NCBI GenBank assembly: GCA_002269645.1
Contig: NIVC01000516.1
Location: 454,892-518,891, forward strand
Source of the DNA: Macrostomum lignano
Lineage: Eukaryota
Direction of reading: 5' to 3'
Length of the DNA: 64,000 bases
Shown here: one piece after another, positions 40,241 through 53,098 of the stretch
Position numbering within the stretch: position 1 is the stretch's first letter
Layout of the letters: each line of letters opens with the position of its first letter
The notes under the pieces: model-generated
The model's database searches: none
Told to the model about the DNA's origin: nothing
What the model saw: the letters and a program-made list of their open reading frames with translations, nothing else
Made by a program: the position numbers and the translations under genes

Positions 40241-41504
40241 CCATGCAACTTACTTTTTGGCCAAAAATGCAAATTTGTGAAAACTTGTGAAAAAACATAA
40301 AGAAAAATTAATGCAATTTTTGGTAAATAGCAAAAGTAACTATGACTGTCTTGATAAGGCAAAATGCTTCATTATCTATTTAGTACTATGTCTATTCTTT
40401 GGGAAAGGCATTTTTGTGACTTACCCCTAGTGTACCACAATTTACAGTGGTTGGATTGGCCAGGTTAGCCAGTAGTTGTATATGTATATTATGACTTATT
40501 AGTTCTTAAAGTATGTAATCAAATAATATCATTATATAATTTATACTTGCAATTAAGGAAATGGCTCACTAGACAAAGGTAGATACTCTTCAATATCTGT
40601 TAGTAAATATAATATTTTAGCCTTTTCCTTGATTTCATATTTTTTTATATTTAATATTCAATATGAATATTTAGTATTCAGATTAAATGTGTAAATGATT
40701 TGTTTAATTATATATTTTATACAAAATACAAATAAAATACTTATAATTAAAATATGTTGCAATTATAACTATAGGTATCAATAAAAAAGCTTGTTTACTC
40801 AATATTTCATATTTGTTTTTTTTAGAAAATCTTGTATTTTATAAATTTTTATTAATAACTTTATTAATTTTATCAATTTTTTTAAACTTGAAATAAAAAA
40901 AACACAGTCAAATTTAATTAACTCATTTATAATTAAACGAGTAGCTTATGGATACTACTTGAGAAATTTCCATAAGGTCTTTTTGATGATAGTCTAAAAT
41001 TAATATTTATTTATTGCTTAAGTTAAATACTTTAATTTGCATCAATTAACTGTTTAAATGGTATTATTACAAGTACAGAGAAGGGATTAACAATGTTACT
41101 TAAAATTGTTTTGAAGTGAAGTTGTGCAAACTCTAATCAGTATTTAGTTTATTCTGAATATAAGGTACAATAAATTTATTAATTTTTATTTATTATAGGA
41201 TCAATGTAGGCCTCAACTCTAAATTATTAAGAGTGGGACATTTAAAAAAATGAAGTGTGTGAAGCTACATTTAGCTACTTTTATTAAGTTTTAAAAGTAA
41301 TTATTGGCTGGGGGCTATGAACTAATAGCCGTAATAGGCCTAGGCCTATAAATCTAAAGACTAAATTTATAGTAGCTTACTATAAGGCCTAGGTCTGATA
41401 AAATTTTCCTTTAAACCAACAGTGAACAGGACAGATACTTTTTAAAAAATGGTCACTCATATTCCTTAATTCAGTAACTGTGTCACATTTCTGTATTAAA
41501 TATT

Positions 41505-41813
41505 CTACTTGCTAATAGCCCGGAGTTCTTTCATGGTGCTCTTCACTTCAGGTGGAGTGTTGTCGTGTGGCTCCAACACCCAGAAAACATGATTTCCGTT
41601 AATCGGCAGAGGCTTATCGATGCCATCGACTCGATTTCCACTGGTGCGCAGAACTTTGAAGTCAGGCCGGACAGCAAACTGGTAGGTTATGTATCCAGAA
41701 CAGATAATAGCTGCGGTGGTCAGTGCTCCAACAAGCGGAATACTGTCCACAGAAGACGTAAGTCGACGAAGAAGTTGAGAAAATGTTTTAACTTCGGTTG
41801 CATGTGACTTCAT
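41505..41813 (-). CDS. NDUFA4/B12D-like small mitochondrial membrane protein (102 aa, single exon)
   Basis: SIPLVGALTTAAIICSGYITYQFAVRPDFKV: one TM helix plus P-D motif, typical of the NDUFA4/B12D family. Acceptor ttttcag at 41905, upstream of the ATG. Confidence 0.6.
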   Translation of the reverse strand: MKSHATEVKTFSQLLRRLTSSVDSIPLVGALTTAAIICSGYITYQFAVRPDFKVLRTSGNRVDGIDKPLPINGNHVFWVLEPHDNTPPEVKSTMKELRAISK

Positions 41814-42439
41814 ATTGTCGGAACGGCTTGGGTATTGTAATTTCAAACGATATGAACAATACGGATCACACTTAGATTCACTTAAATGTTGCCAAGTTGT
41901 AAATCTGAAAATTAGAGGCAACAAAAACGTTTTTAAATTTAACCTGTTATTAGATTTTTAACAAAATTTACCTAGACACTAACAGGCATTTAGGAGCATT
42001 TCTATTTAAAAATGCTATCTAGGATTTCTATCTAGAAGCAAGTATTTATACCTTATACTACTGAACAACTCTTAAAAACAGTTAAGAAATCCTTTTTCTG
42101 TGATGAACCTGACAACCTGACAACTGACCTAATGTATACCGTATATTGAAACTAAAGGCATGATTTTAGGAATTCGTATCAAGTAGCAATGTTTTTTTAA
42201 CAAAGTAACCTTAATTTTCAGAAATTCACTGAAATTTCCCGGTAGCTATGTACAACTTTTACTGGGCCAACTTACATGTAAAAGATTCGAGCAAAAGACA
42301 ATGACCATTTAATTTACATTACCAAAAATATATTGACAAAATTATGTACACGTACTAGCTGTAACTTATCACAAAGGGCTATATAGGGTGCTGCAGCAAT
42401 ATGTAAAAGACAGATACACGCGGCATGGAAGTCTTATGG

Positions 42440-42832
42440 CAGGCGCGTCGCATGCACCAGCAGAGGGGAGACAGGGGGGCCGGGACGACATGTCCCCCCC
42501 CCCCCCAGTAAAAGCTATGGGAATGCTTTGTCCCCCCACCCCACCTGTGACCCGTTGTAGTATAATCAGCAATTTCTCTTCAGGGTGCAAAATATAGCGC
42601 CTGCGGCGCTAAAATACAGCGCTAAAATATGCGCCGCTAAAATCATGCAGTGCCTGCGGCGCCAAAATGAGTGCCGCAGGCGCCAAAATGGCGCCAAAAT
42701 GAGCGCTGACAACACCGTGGTTCTCAAAATAATGGACACACAGGTAGGAATTTATTAGTCATATACATGTGTACATGTTGAATTATTGGCTTGTCCCCCA
42801 CCATACAGTAAAATCCATGGCGACGCCCCCTG
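42440..42832. mobile_element. hAT-type MITE, complete (393 bp)
   Basis: TIRs caggcgcgtcgc / gcgacgccccctg, perfect 8-bp TSD TCTTATGG (42432-42439 and 42833-42840), internal gcgcc-aaaat subrepeats. Confidence 0.9.
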
Positions 42833-43106
42833 TCTTATGGTGTTTCTAGTCGACTGGTCTGAGAAAGTTATCATCGATTGCAGTAAAAAATCGGTTTGTT
42901 ATAAATTAACATGTCGCTTTTTATAATATTGATACATGTACTTTTGGAACCTGGAACATCTCCAGAATTTCCTTTCGTACATGTATGCATTTACAGTGCG
43001 TACTGCGGAAGCACTGAAGCGGCTTAAAATGTTTTCAGAATTTTAGGAGCCACTATATAGAAAGCCGGCCCCTGCATATAGTACAGTAAACTGCACGACT
43101 GCAAGG

Positions 43107-43358
43107 GCAGCTCACGACTTGAAGGTCGAGGGTTCGATTCCCGATCCCACTGGAACAATTTTGTGTCCTTGAGCAGGGGACTTAACATTGCTTCAGTTCA
43201 CCCAGCTGTAAAATGGGTGCCAGCATTAGCTGGGGTAATTGAGGGTGTGTGTGGCGACCCCCCCAGCCCTTACGCAGCCTTCAGATGCTCCGCGCAATAG
43301 CTGCGGCTGAGCTGTCGGTTGCACATCTGCCGATCAGAGCAGGTGTGATTAATTATAT
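43107..43358 (+). mobile_element. Same SINE, 5'-truncated copy
   Basis: Colinear with 2497-2812 from ctcacgacttgaaggtc to the AT-rich tail. Confidence 0.85.
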
Positions 43359-43559
43359 TGGCGCCGTAAGCACATTATACATGTATTTTAGCGCCGCAGG
43401 CGCTATATTTTGCGCCCTGAAGAAAATGATCGACTGATTACTTCAACGAGTCAGAGGCTGTGGGGTGGGGGGACAAAGCATCGACATGTCCTATAGCTCC
43501 CAAAACTTTACTGGGGGGGGGACATGTCACCCTGTCCCCCCTGGGTGGCGACGCGCCTG
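43359..43559. mobile_element. Same MITE, half copy in opposite orientation
   Basis: Ends in the TIR tggcgacgcgcctg and abuts the SINE tail. Confidence 0.8.
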
Positions 43560-44086
43560 CTTGTCATATCTTAACTTGACATCCTGTTAAGGTTAAATTC
43601 AACCCTAAACTGTTAAGGTTAGGTGCTTAGCTTTGCATGCTCGCACTATAGTATAGTTATGTGTACATGTATGCAATGTCAAATATTGAATCTAACTAAT
43701 ATTGTATTCACCTTGCCTTCGTAATATGAATACAATACATGTACAGAACGACAAACTTTGCACAGCACCCTGCATACATCTGTAAATGATCGCTCAAAAG
43801 TATAATTGTATGACGCATTTACATGTATATAAATATGCGTGTATTTTAAGTTACTTAAACGAAGTTGAATATAGCAGCAGGTAAACTATTTTATATAACC
43901 AATACCGAATACTGTACCTAAGCTATAAAGTTTAAAATATGAGACGCGTACAATTATAAAGCCATAAGCATGTACAGTAATTGGTACACACCTATAGTAC
44001 TATTTACATACGCGAGATACCTGCGACAAAATGTCAAAAGGCACAGTCACACCCAATTAAAGATTATGTACTGTATGCCGCATGGT

Positions 44087-44569
<483 letters not shown>

Positions 44570-44593
44570 TTAGCTTTGCAGTTCTGTATGCCA

Positions 44594-44599
44594 TTTATA
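44594..44599 (-). promoter_or_regulatory. Candidate TATA box of the UBE2D gene
   Basis: TATAAA on the minus strand about 60 nt upstream of the ATG. Position is plausible but untested. Confidence 0.4.
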
Positions 44600-45299
44600 T
44601 GTTCAGCAGACTAAAGCGAGACTGTGTACATATTCGCCCCGGCCGCGCGTACAGTCACTCCTCTCTGTACGCACGCGCGCACTCATGGCGCACACGTCAT
44701 GAAGTTCTTTTTCTAATGCAGTTTATGCCTGGCCTTATCCACGAAGCTAATAAAATCTAGAATTTTCTATCCTTGCAATTGTAGGTCATAGATCTAAAAA
44801 TAGCATCAAGCAGAGTGAGTCACAAACGCACGACAGCAGTTGCCTTACTTTAAGCGGGAAAGAAGAGAGCGAGCAGAACTAGGTACTAAAACTATTTTGC
44901 TGCTTTTTAAGACGACAGATTTCCTGTATATAGTTCTGCAACGTGCAAAGCTAAATGTGCAATGAAAGTTCCGTATTTTAATGCCTTCGCTAAATAGACA
45001 AAAATATTTCGTAAGACCGTTCTCGTTAATTAGGAACCATGCGGCCGGTTGACTGGCAGCATTATATTTATTATCGATCTGTTTGAAAATATTGCAAGCA
45101 AATGTCAGCTTGTGCGCCTTTTGAGACCGAAGAAATAAAAAATTAAGAGAGAAAATTGTCAAAAAAGAGTTCATATTTAGATTTTGCGCTTTTCACGACT
45201 TGCATAGTGACATCATTGACTTTAGTTTTATCACTAGTGCAGTAAGCCTGCATGTACACCTTTGCTTGATTGATTGTCTAAAATAAGTCTGTATGGACT

Positions 45300-45592
45300 G
45301 ACTGTCCCCTCAGTAAAGCAGTCTTGTACACTGGTAGACTGGATCTGACCCCTCAGTAAAGCAGTCTTGTACACTGGTAGACTGACTGACCCCTCACTAA
45401 AGCAGTCTTGTATACTGACCCCTCAGTAAAGCAGTCTTGTATACTGACCCCTCAGTAAAGCAGTCTTGTAGTAAAGTAGACTGACTGACCCCTCAGTAAA
45501 GCAGTCTTGTACACTGGTAGACTGACTGACCCCTCAGTAAAGCAGTCTTGTACACTGGTAGACCAACTAACCCCTCAGTAGTCTTGTACACT
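45300..45592. repeat. Tandem repeat of about 41 bp with shorter variants
   Basis: Unit ctgacccctcagtaaagcagtcttgtacactggtagactga. Confidence 0.9.
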
Positions 45593-46059
45593 GAGAGGTA
45601 ACATCATGATAAACGCTTAAATAAGTTCGTAGTTGTCCCAGTCATCTGAAATTTAGGTAGCAGATAATTTTTACAATAATTTGTAAATAAGAGACGCTTG
45701 AAGCTCGATATGTTTTCAATCTTTAATTAGACTTAGACTACAACATGCAATGGTTAATTCGCATATTTATAACAACGGTTGCATAAGTTTATTATGGTCA
45801 AAGTACAGCTGTGTACTTTGCTCAAACAGCAGCTTAAACAGAACTGCGCACAGAACACAGTTTTAACCAAAATCTGTTAATAACAGTAGTTAACGAAAGT
45901 TTGACACTACATTTATGTTGTTACTTACAGTATAGTGAAATGCGAGTTTGTCAGTCAGAATAATTGACCACTAATTAACAGCATTGGATAATTAAAATAA
46001 TGCATTAATTTGCTAAAAGATTGACTTCATTAGTTAAAAATATATTAACACATAATTCA

Positions 46060-46320
46060 AACTGAGGATCCGGAAACCCACCTTAGGATTCGGCAACCCA
46101 ACCCGAGGATCCGGAAACCCAAACTGAGGGTCTGGAAACCCAACCTAAGGATCCCGAAACCCACCTAAGGATTCGGAAACCCAACCTAAGGATCCGGAAA
46201 ACTGAGGATCCGGAAACCCAAACTGAAGATCCGGAAACCCAACCTGAGGATCCGGAAACCCAACCTGAGGATCTGGAACGCCTAGTGGAAACCCAATCTT
46301 AAGATCCAGAAATCCAATAC
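46060..46320. repeat. 21-bp minisatellite
   Basis: Unit gatccggaaacccaacctgag. Confidence 0.88.
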
Positions 46321-46400
46321 GAGTAGCCAGAAACCCGAAAGTTAATTCAACTTCAAAGCGCCCAATCCACGGTAATTCCGCGGATTTTCCACGACACGCC

Positions 46401-46811
46401 TTAGGTAAACTGAGCAAATCTCTCGCTGCACAAGGCGGCCCCGTGATCCCGATAGTCCTTCCGCGACACCGCATAGCATTCCAAAGCTCCGTCGGGCGAC
46501 AGGGCCAAGTCGCGACCGCCTAGCCAGGCTTGAGCGGCCGGGTCGCCATGGCAACGGACGCCTAGCGGAAAATCGTCCGGCAGAGAGGCTCGCAATTCCG
46601 TTTCTAACCGGTTTGCAAATCCGGCGAAACGGCAGCTGCCGCCGGCGAGAACTACGGCGTCGGTGTACAGCGGCTGCTCGTGAGGCGGCAGGCCGGACAG
46701 GGTGTCGCACAGGGCTTCGGCCACGCCCATCTCCGGTATGCCCGCGTCCGATGGCCGGAACAGCAGCTCTGGGGTGGCCACGCGCTCAATGCCCAGACGG
46801 AGGGTCTGCTC
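46401..46811 (-). CDS. ACTR6: Actin-related protein 6, exon 4 (414 aa in total)
   Basis: EQTLRLGIERVATPELLFRPSDAGI...AWLGG...YRDHG, then stop. Acceptor ctgcag|GAG. Confidence 0.93.
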   Translation of the reverse strand, partial: EQTLRLGIERVATPELLFRPSDAGIPEMGVAEALCDTLSGLPPHEQPLYTDAVVLAGGSCRFAGFANRLETELRASLPDDFPLGVRCHGDPAAQAWLGGRDLALSPDGALECYAVSRKDYRDHGAALCSERFAQFT

Positions 46812-46859
46812 CTGCAGCGGATGTGATAAAAAAAGTTCACACGCTAGCCATGTCAGATC

Positions 46860-47803
46860 GCAGTTGGTGAACCGCGACAATCTGCCATATAAACTTGTGA
46901 ACCATGAAAATCTGCCATCTGAACTTGTGAACCGTGACAATCTGCCATATAAACTTGTGAACCGTGACAATCTGCCATCTAAAGTTGGTGAACCTTAACC
47001 ATCCATCGCGTTAGTTGGTGAACCATAAAAATCGATCACATAAGTTGGTGAACCATAACAATCTGTCACATAAGTTGGTGAACCGTAACAATCTACCATC
47101 TAAAGTTGAACCATAACCATCTAACAAATAAGTTGATAAACCATAACAATCTCCCATCTAAAGTTGGTGAACCATAGCCATCTATCTCATAAGTTGGTGA
47201 ACCATAACCATCTATCACATAAGTTGGTGAACCCTAACAATCTCTCATCTAAAGTTGGTGAACCATAGCCATCTATTTCATAAATTGGTGAACCTTAACA
47301 GTCTACCATTTAAAGTTGGTGAACCATAACTCTATCATATAAGTTGGTGAACCATAGCCATCTATCTCATAAGTTGGTGAACCTTAACAATCTACCATTT
47401 AAAGTTGGTGAACCATAACTCTATCATATAATTTGGTGAACCATAGCCATCTATCTCATAAGTTGGTGAACCATAACCATCTATCATATAAGTTGGTGAA
47501 CCCTAACAATCTCTCATCTAAAGTTGGTGAACCATAGCCATCTATCTCATAAGTTAGTGAACCTTAACAGTCTACCATTTAAAGTTGGTGAACCATAACT
47601 CTATCATATAAGTTGGTGAACCATAGCCATCTATCTCATAAGTTGGTGAACCTTAACAATCTCTCATCTAAAGTTGGTGAACCATAACCATCTATCATAT
47701 AAGTTGGTGAACCATAACAATCTTTCATCTAAAGTTGATGAACCATAACTCTATCATATAAGTTGGTGAACCATAACCATCTATCACATAAGTTGGTGAA
47801 CCT
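46860..47803. repeat. 30/31-bp minisatellite filling ARP6 intron 3
   Basis: Unit aagttggtgaaccataaccatctatcacat. Confidence 0.93.
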
Positions 47804-47874
47804 CAAAATAACTTGGTGAATCGGTGACCCCGCTCCCAGACGAATAAGAAGCTACTCAAGCAACAAGCAACCAC

Positions 47875-48153
47875 CTGCTGCTGCTGCTTCTGCGAGCCCA
47901 ACTGGCGCACAAAGCCTCTCCGATGCTGAGCATAGTCAGGCAGCACGTACTCGCAGCAGAGCTTTTGGCACCTCTCCTGCGCCTCAGAATCCAACGGCGA
48001 ACGCTGCGCTGCACGCGACATGGCAGCTAAATCTGCGTCGAAATTTTCCGACACAAAGCAGGCGTCCTCTTTGCACTGATTCATCACGTGAGTCTCGTCC
48101 ATCACCATCAGCTGCCGGTAGGAGATGGCCTCTTTCAGATAGTTGGTTAGCAC
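47875..48153 (-). CDS. ACTR6: Actin-related protein 6, exon 3
   Basis: VLTNYLKEAISYRQLMVMDETHVMNQCKEDACFVS...YVLPDY, an ARP6-specific signature. Confidence 0.95.
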
Positions 48154-48289
48154 CTGCAATGCACAATTATGTTATAATTGCATATATGGTACTGCGGGTA
48201 GACGGCGGGGTTGCTAGGTTGTTATTTTCATAGTAGTTCCAAATATATAGCAGGCATAGTAGACGGAATGGGGTAAATCTTTTCCTTCC

Positions 48290-49390
48290 TTCGTTCATTT
48301 CCTCCCTTCCTTCTCCCTCTTCTTCCTTCCCTCTCTCCCTTCTTCCTTCCCTCCCTCCCTTCTTCCTTCCCTCCCTCCCTTCTTCCTTCCTTCCCTCCCT
48401 TCTTCCTTCCTTCCCTCCCTTCTTCCTTCCTTCCCTCCCTTCTTCCTTCCCTCTCTCCCTTCTTCCTTCCTTCCCTTCTTCCTTCCCTCCCTCACTTCTT
48501 CCTTCCCTCTCTCCCTTCTTCCTTCCTTCCCTCCCTTCTTCCTTCCTTCCCTCCCTTCTTCCTTCCTTCCCTCCCTTCTTCCTTCCCTCTCTCCCTTCTT
48601 CCTTCCTTCCCTTCTTCCTTCCCTCCCTCACTTCTTCCTTCCCTCTCTCCCTTCTTCCTTCCCTCCCTTCTTCCTTCCCTCCCTCCCTTCTTCCTTCCTT
48701 CCCTTCTTCCTTCCCTCCCTCCTTTCCTCCCTTCTTCCTTCCCTCTCTCCCTTCTTCCTTCCCTCCCTCCCTTCTTCCTTCCTTCTCTCCCTTCTTCCTT
48801 CCCTCCCTCCCTTCTTCCTTCCCTCTCTCCCTTCTTCCTTCCTTCCCTTCTTCCTTCCCTCCCTCACTTCTTCCTTCCCTCTCTCCCTTCTTCCTTCCCT
48901 CCCTTCTTCCTTCCCTCCCTCCCTTCTTCCTTCCTTCCCTTCTTCCTTCCCTCCCTCCTTTCTTCCTTCCCTCTCTCCCTTCTTCCTTCCCTCCCTCCCT
49001 TCTTCCTTCCCTCTCTCCCTTCTTCCTTCCCTCCCTTCTTCCTTCCCTCCCTCCCTTCTTCCTTCCCTCTCTCACTTCTTCCTTCCCTCCCTTCTTCCTT
49101 CCCTCCCTCCCTTCTTCCTTCCCTCCCTCCCTTCTTCCTTCCCTCTCTCCTTTCTTCCTTCCCTCTCTCCCTTCTTCCTTCCCTCCCTCCCTTCTTCCTT
49201 CCCTCCCTCCCTTCTTCCTTCCCTCTCTCCCTTCTTCCTTCCCTCCCTCCCTTCTTCCTTCCCTCTCTCCCTTCTTCCTTCCCTCTCTCCCTTCTTCCTT
49301 CCCTCCCTTCTTCCTTCCCTCCCTTCTTCCTTCCCTCCCTCCCTTCTTCCTTCCCTCCCTTCTTCCTTCCTTCCTTCCTTCCTTCCCTTC
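48290..49390. repeat. CT-rich low complexity in ARP6 intron 2
   Basis: (cttcttccttccctcc)-type units. Confidence 0.95.
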
Positions 49391-49685
49391 ACTCCCTTCG
49401 ATATATCCCTCCAGTCGATATATACTCCCTTCTTCCTTACTCTCAAGTCTGATATTCTATCTAGAATCAATTAAAAAATCACTCCAGAATCAAATTAACC
49501 CGGATAATACCAATGCTAAATGTGCGATGGCTGCCTAATAGTGTGCAGCACACGATCCCCCCGAAAGGGGAGCCGATAGGCTAGTCCAATATACTAAATT
49601 TTGGATCGACCAAGGATACTGAAACGAGACCCAATATTCTCAAGGGAATATCAGTTGAATCTCTTGTTGATAAAACACTACGAAC

Positions 49686-49952
49686 CTTGCCACCAACGTT
49701 GACCCGCCGGACGCTGCCGGGCACGAGGCGGCCTCGCCTGTAAGCGGCAGCGTGGCTGAACGAATAGCCGCAGTCGAGCACCAGACAGGCGTGATCGGCT
49801 GGCAACACGCCGCGCTGCCTTTGATCTCGTTGAGCGGCCAGGAACGCGGCTGGCAGCCGGGCGACAGCCTTGAATCCGTACTCTTCGAATAGCACCTCGT
49901 CGAGGGCTTCGGCCACAGGCGAAAAATTAATACACGGCTCGGTGACTATCAC
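49686..49952 (-). CDS. ACTR6: Actin-related protein 6, exon 2
   Basis: VIVTEP...DEVLFEEYGF...VLDCGYSFSH...VNVGGK. Phase 0 on both sides. Confidence 0.93.
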
Positions 49953-50253
49953 CTAGCGTTGTTGAAAAGCATTTTTTCGGAAATTTGGGCAGACAACTGG
50001 AGCAACTTTGACTAGCCTATCCCGATGAAACCGGTACCCAAGCCAAGAAGCGTTCCAGAGTCACTTGAGATTGAGTTAGTAGAAACCATATAATTAAGCG
50101 CTAACACTAATGACTCTCTAGCGATTCTTGTAACGGTAACTATTTTGCCCTCATTTGATAGATGTTTAGTTGGGTTGTTTCAAAAAAAGTACTAACTAGA
50201 TGACAAGGCTCCTGCGACACAGAACGCTCGCCTAGTTTTAACACGGCACTCAC

Positions 50254-50541
50254 CTGCCACTCTGACAACGGCCGTTTATCGGCGTAAGGCTTTAAGCAGT
50301 GGTCCAATACCTGCTTCTGCAGCTCCCAATTGAGCAGATAGCCCTTCTGAAAAGGCAGCTGATAGTACAGACCGGACAAGTCCTTGCACTCGTCGAGTTC
50401 ATTGCCAACAAATACTCGAGTTTTCACGTGCTTAGCCTTTGTTACAGAGTTGATTACCTGGCGAGGCTCTGACTCGCTGGCTGAGCCAATCTTTACATAG
50501 CCAGCGCCCAGATCAACTATAAGCGTGTCTTTGCCCGACAT
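50254..50541 (-). CDS. ACTR6: Actin-related protein 6, exon 1
   Basis: TLIVDLGAGYVKIG...LPFQKGYLLNW. Donor CAG|gtgag. Confidence 0.92.
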
Positions 50542-50635
50542 GGAGCTGAAATAAACGATTTTTATTATTAGTGTTATTTGAGCTGCACTAATGGGGGTTC
50601 GGGTTGTAGCCTGAACTTTGCAGCCTGTAGGTTTG

Positions 50636-51760
50636 CAATGATCCCAGTCAGGTTCGCAATGATTCCCCGACCCCAGTCAGGTTTGCAATGATCTCCCAAT
50701 CAGGTTTGCAATGATCCCAGTCAGGCTTGCAATGATCTCCCAATCAGGTTTGCAATGATCTCCCAATCAGGTTTGCAATGATCCCAGTCAGGTTCGCAAT
50801 GATTCCCCAGTCAGGTTTGCAATGATTCCCCAGTCAGGTTTGCAATGATCTCCCAGTCAGGTTTGCAATTATCCCAGTCAGGCTTGCAATGATCCCAGTC
50901 AGTTTTCAATGATCTCAGATTCTCAGTCAGGTTTGCAATGCTCCTAGTCAGGTTTGCAATCATCCCCATTCAGGCTTGCAATGATCCCAGTCAGGTTTGC
51001 AATGACCCCCATTCAGGCTTGCAATGATCCCAGTCAGGTTTGCAATCATCCCCATTCAGGCTTGCAATGATCCAAGTCAGGTTTGCAATGACCCCCATTC
51101 AGGCTTGCAATGATCCCAGTCAGGTTTGCAATGACCCCCATTCAGGCTTGCAATGATCCCAGACAGGTTTGCAATCATCCCCATTCAGGCTTGCAATGAT
51201 CCCAGTCAGGTTTGCAATGACCCCCATTCAGGCTTGCAATGATCCCAGTCAGGTTTGCAATCATCCCCATTCAGGCTTGCAATGATCCCAGTCAGGTTTG
51301 CAATGACCCCCATTCAGGCTTGCAATGATCCCAGTCAGGTTTGCAATGACCCCAGTCAGGTTTGCAATGATCCCCAGCAGTCAGGTTTGCAATGATCCCC
51401 TAGAGTCAGGTTTGCAATGATCCCCTAGAGTCAGGTTTGCAATGATCCCAGTCAGGTTTGCAATTATCGTCCAATCAGGTTTGAAATGATCCATTAGGTT
51501 TACAATGATCCCAGTCAGGTTTGCAATGACCCCGGTCAGGTTTGCAATGACCCCAGTCAGGTTTAAAATGATCCCAGTCAGGTTTGCAATGACCCCGGTC
51601 AGGTTTGCAATGACCCCAGTCAGGTTTAAAATGATCCCAGTCAGGTTTGCAATGATCCCCTAGCCAGGCTTGCAATGATCTAGGCCTACCTGTCAGGTGT
51701 GCGAAGATCCTAGTCAGGTTTGAAATGATCCCCCAGTCAGGTTTACAATGATCCCCCTAG
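50636..51760. repeat. Minisatellite of about 22 bp
   Basis: Unit cagtcaggtttgcaatgatccc and variants. Confidence 0.93.
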
Positions 51761-52646
51761 TTCAATAGTGGTTTTCTCATCTCGTGCAATATTAGCAATA
51801 ATAGCCTTCTCATCCTATGCAATAACAGTTTTCTCATCTTGTACAATAATAGTTTTCATATCTAGTGCATTAATCATTTTGTTATCGAGTGCAATATTTG
51901 TTTTAAATCATATGATTCAAACCCTGGCAACTGCATTAGCACTCCAATCTGTTCCCATCTAGGCTAGCTATCTTTGAATTTATTTATGAATTTATAGTAC
52001 TTATAATTCAACACTCGCACCAAGTCAGTTATGACATAATAAATTTCTTAGGCAAGTCAGTATCAGTCTTAATTGTAGTTAGCAATATGGTTATACAATC
52101 TAAATAAAGTATTTTGCTATGCTTCCACACTGTGTTTTCAATACTATGATCCAATTCAATTCAGTTATTCAGTGTCAAAATTTAGCTAGTACACAGATTG
52201 AATAAATAAAAAGCCTGTTGTAATACAATCTACTTTAGAATCAGAATTCAACTAGTCAGTTTTTTCTCTAGAATTTTTACAATGCATTTCAAGTTGAAAG
52301 AGCTGTTTGACCTTTCCAAAAAGGCAGTGCTTATCCCTACGGTATCCCTACCGTAGAAAAAATTTCTGTCTTATTCCAATGGTACCATGGGAAAAATTTT
52401 TTGCTTATCCACATGGCACACTGACGAGATAGCTGCCCTATATTCTATATATGCCATGGGAATAATTTTCTGCTTATCTGCATGGCACACTGACAAGATA
52501 GGGCGAATTGTTGAAGCAATGCAATAATCTATACAAACAAATTGCGAATTTACATGTCTAGTAAAAGTCTACAAAAGTGGCAATGGACTTTTTGGGGATC
52601 TCAGGATTAGACTAGTTGCTAAAAATTCAAATTATAAACAATTACT

Positions 52647-52923
52647 AGAGAGTAGTATAGAAAAAGACGCTTCTAGACCCAGAGCACTTTTTTAATGACC
52701 GTTTTAAGGGTCTAGAGGGGGGACACGGGGGGTAAATAAAAAAACACATCTAAACACCCTTAACACATCTAATCACCCATAATCACCCCTGACAATAAAA
52801 ATCACTTCCCAACACTTCCAAACACTCCCCAACACTCCCCTCGCGTCCCCCCTCTTAAGACCATAAAAACGGTCATTAAAATAAGGTCTGATCTAGAAGC
52901 GTCTTTTTCTATACTACTACTCT
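52647..52923. repeat. Inverted repeat with Polinton-like termini (arms of about 85-90 bp)
   Basis: agagagtagtatagaaaaagacgcttctaga... versus ...tctagaagcgtctttttctatactactactct. Confidence 0.9.
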
Positions 52924-53098
52924 ATAACCCCTTGCCCGCGCCGCAGGCGCGAAGGGTAGGAAAGAATAGAAGCTATTTATAGTCAGCTCACCTACCCACC
53001 CAACATTCCATTTAGACCAGATTTTAGACCAAACAAAACTAGACTATCGTTTTGGTTTTCGTTTTCAAAAATTTGGTCTAAAATCTGGTCCAAATGGA

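Noticed and set aside
46860-47803. CRISPR-like look (conserved 13-bp core with variable remainder)
   Set aside because: The variable parts are recurring variants of one unit, not unique spacers. The array lies in a eukaryotic intron with no cas genes.
52641-52929. Target-site duplication around the 277-bp fold-back unit
   Set aside because: The flanks attact and ataacc do not match, so independent integration of this unit is not demonstrated.
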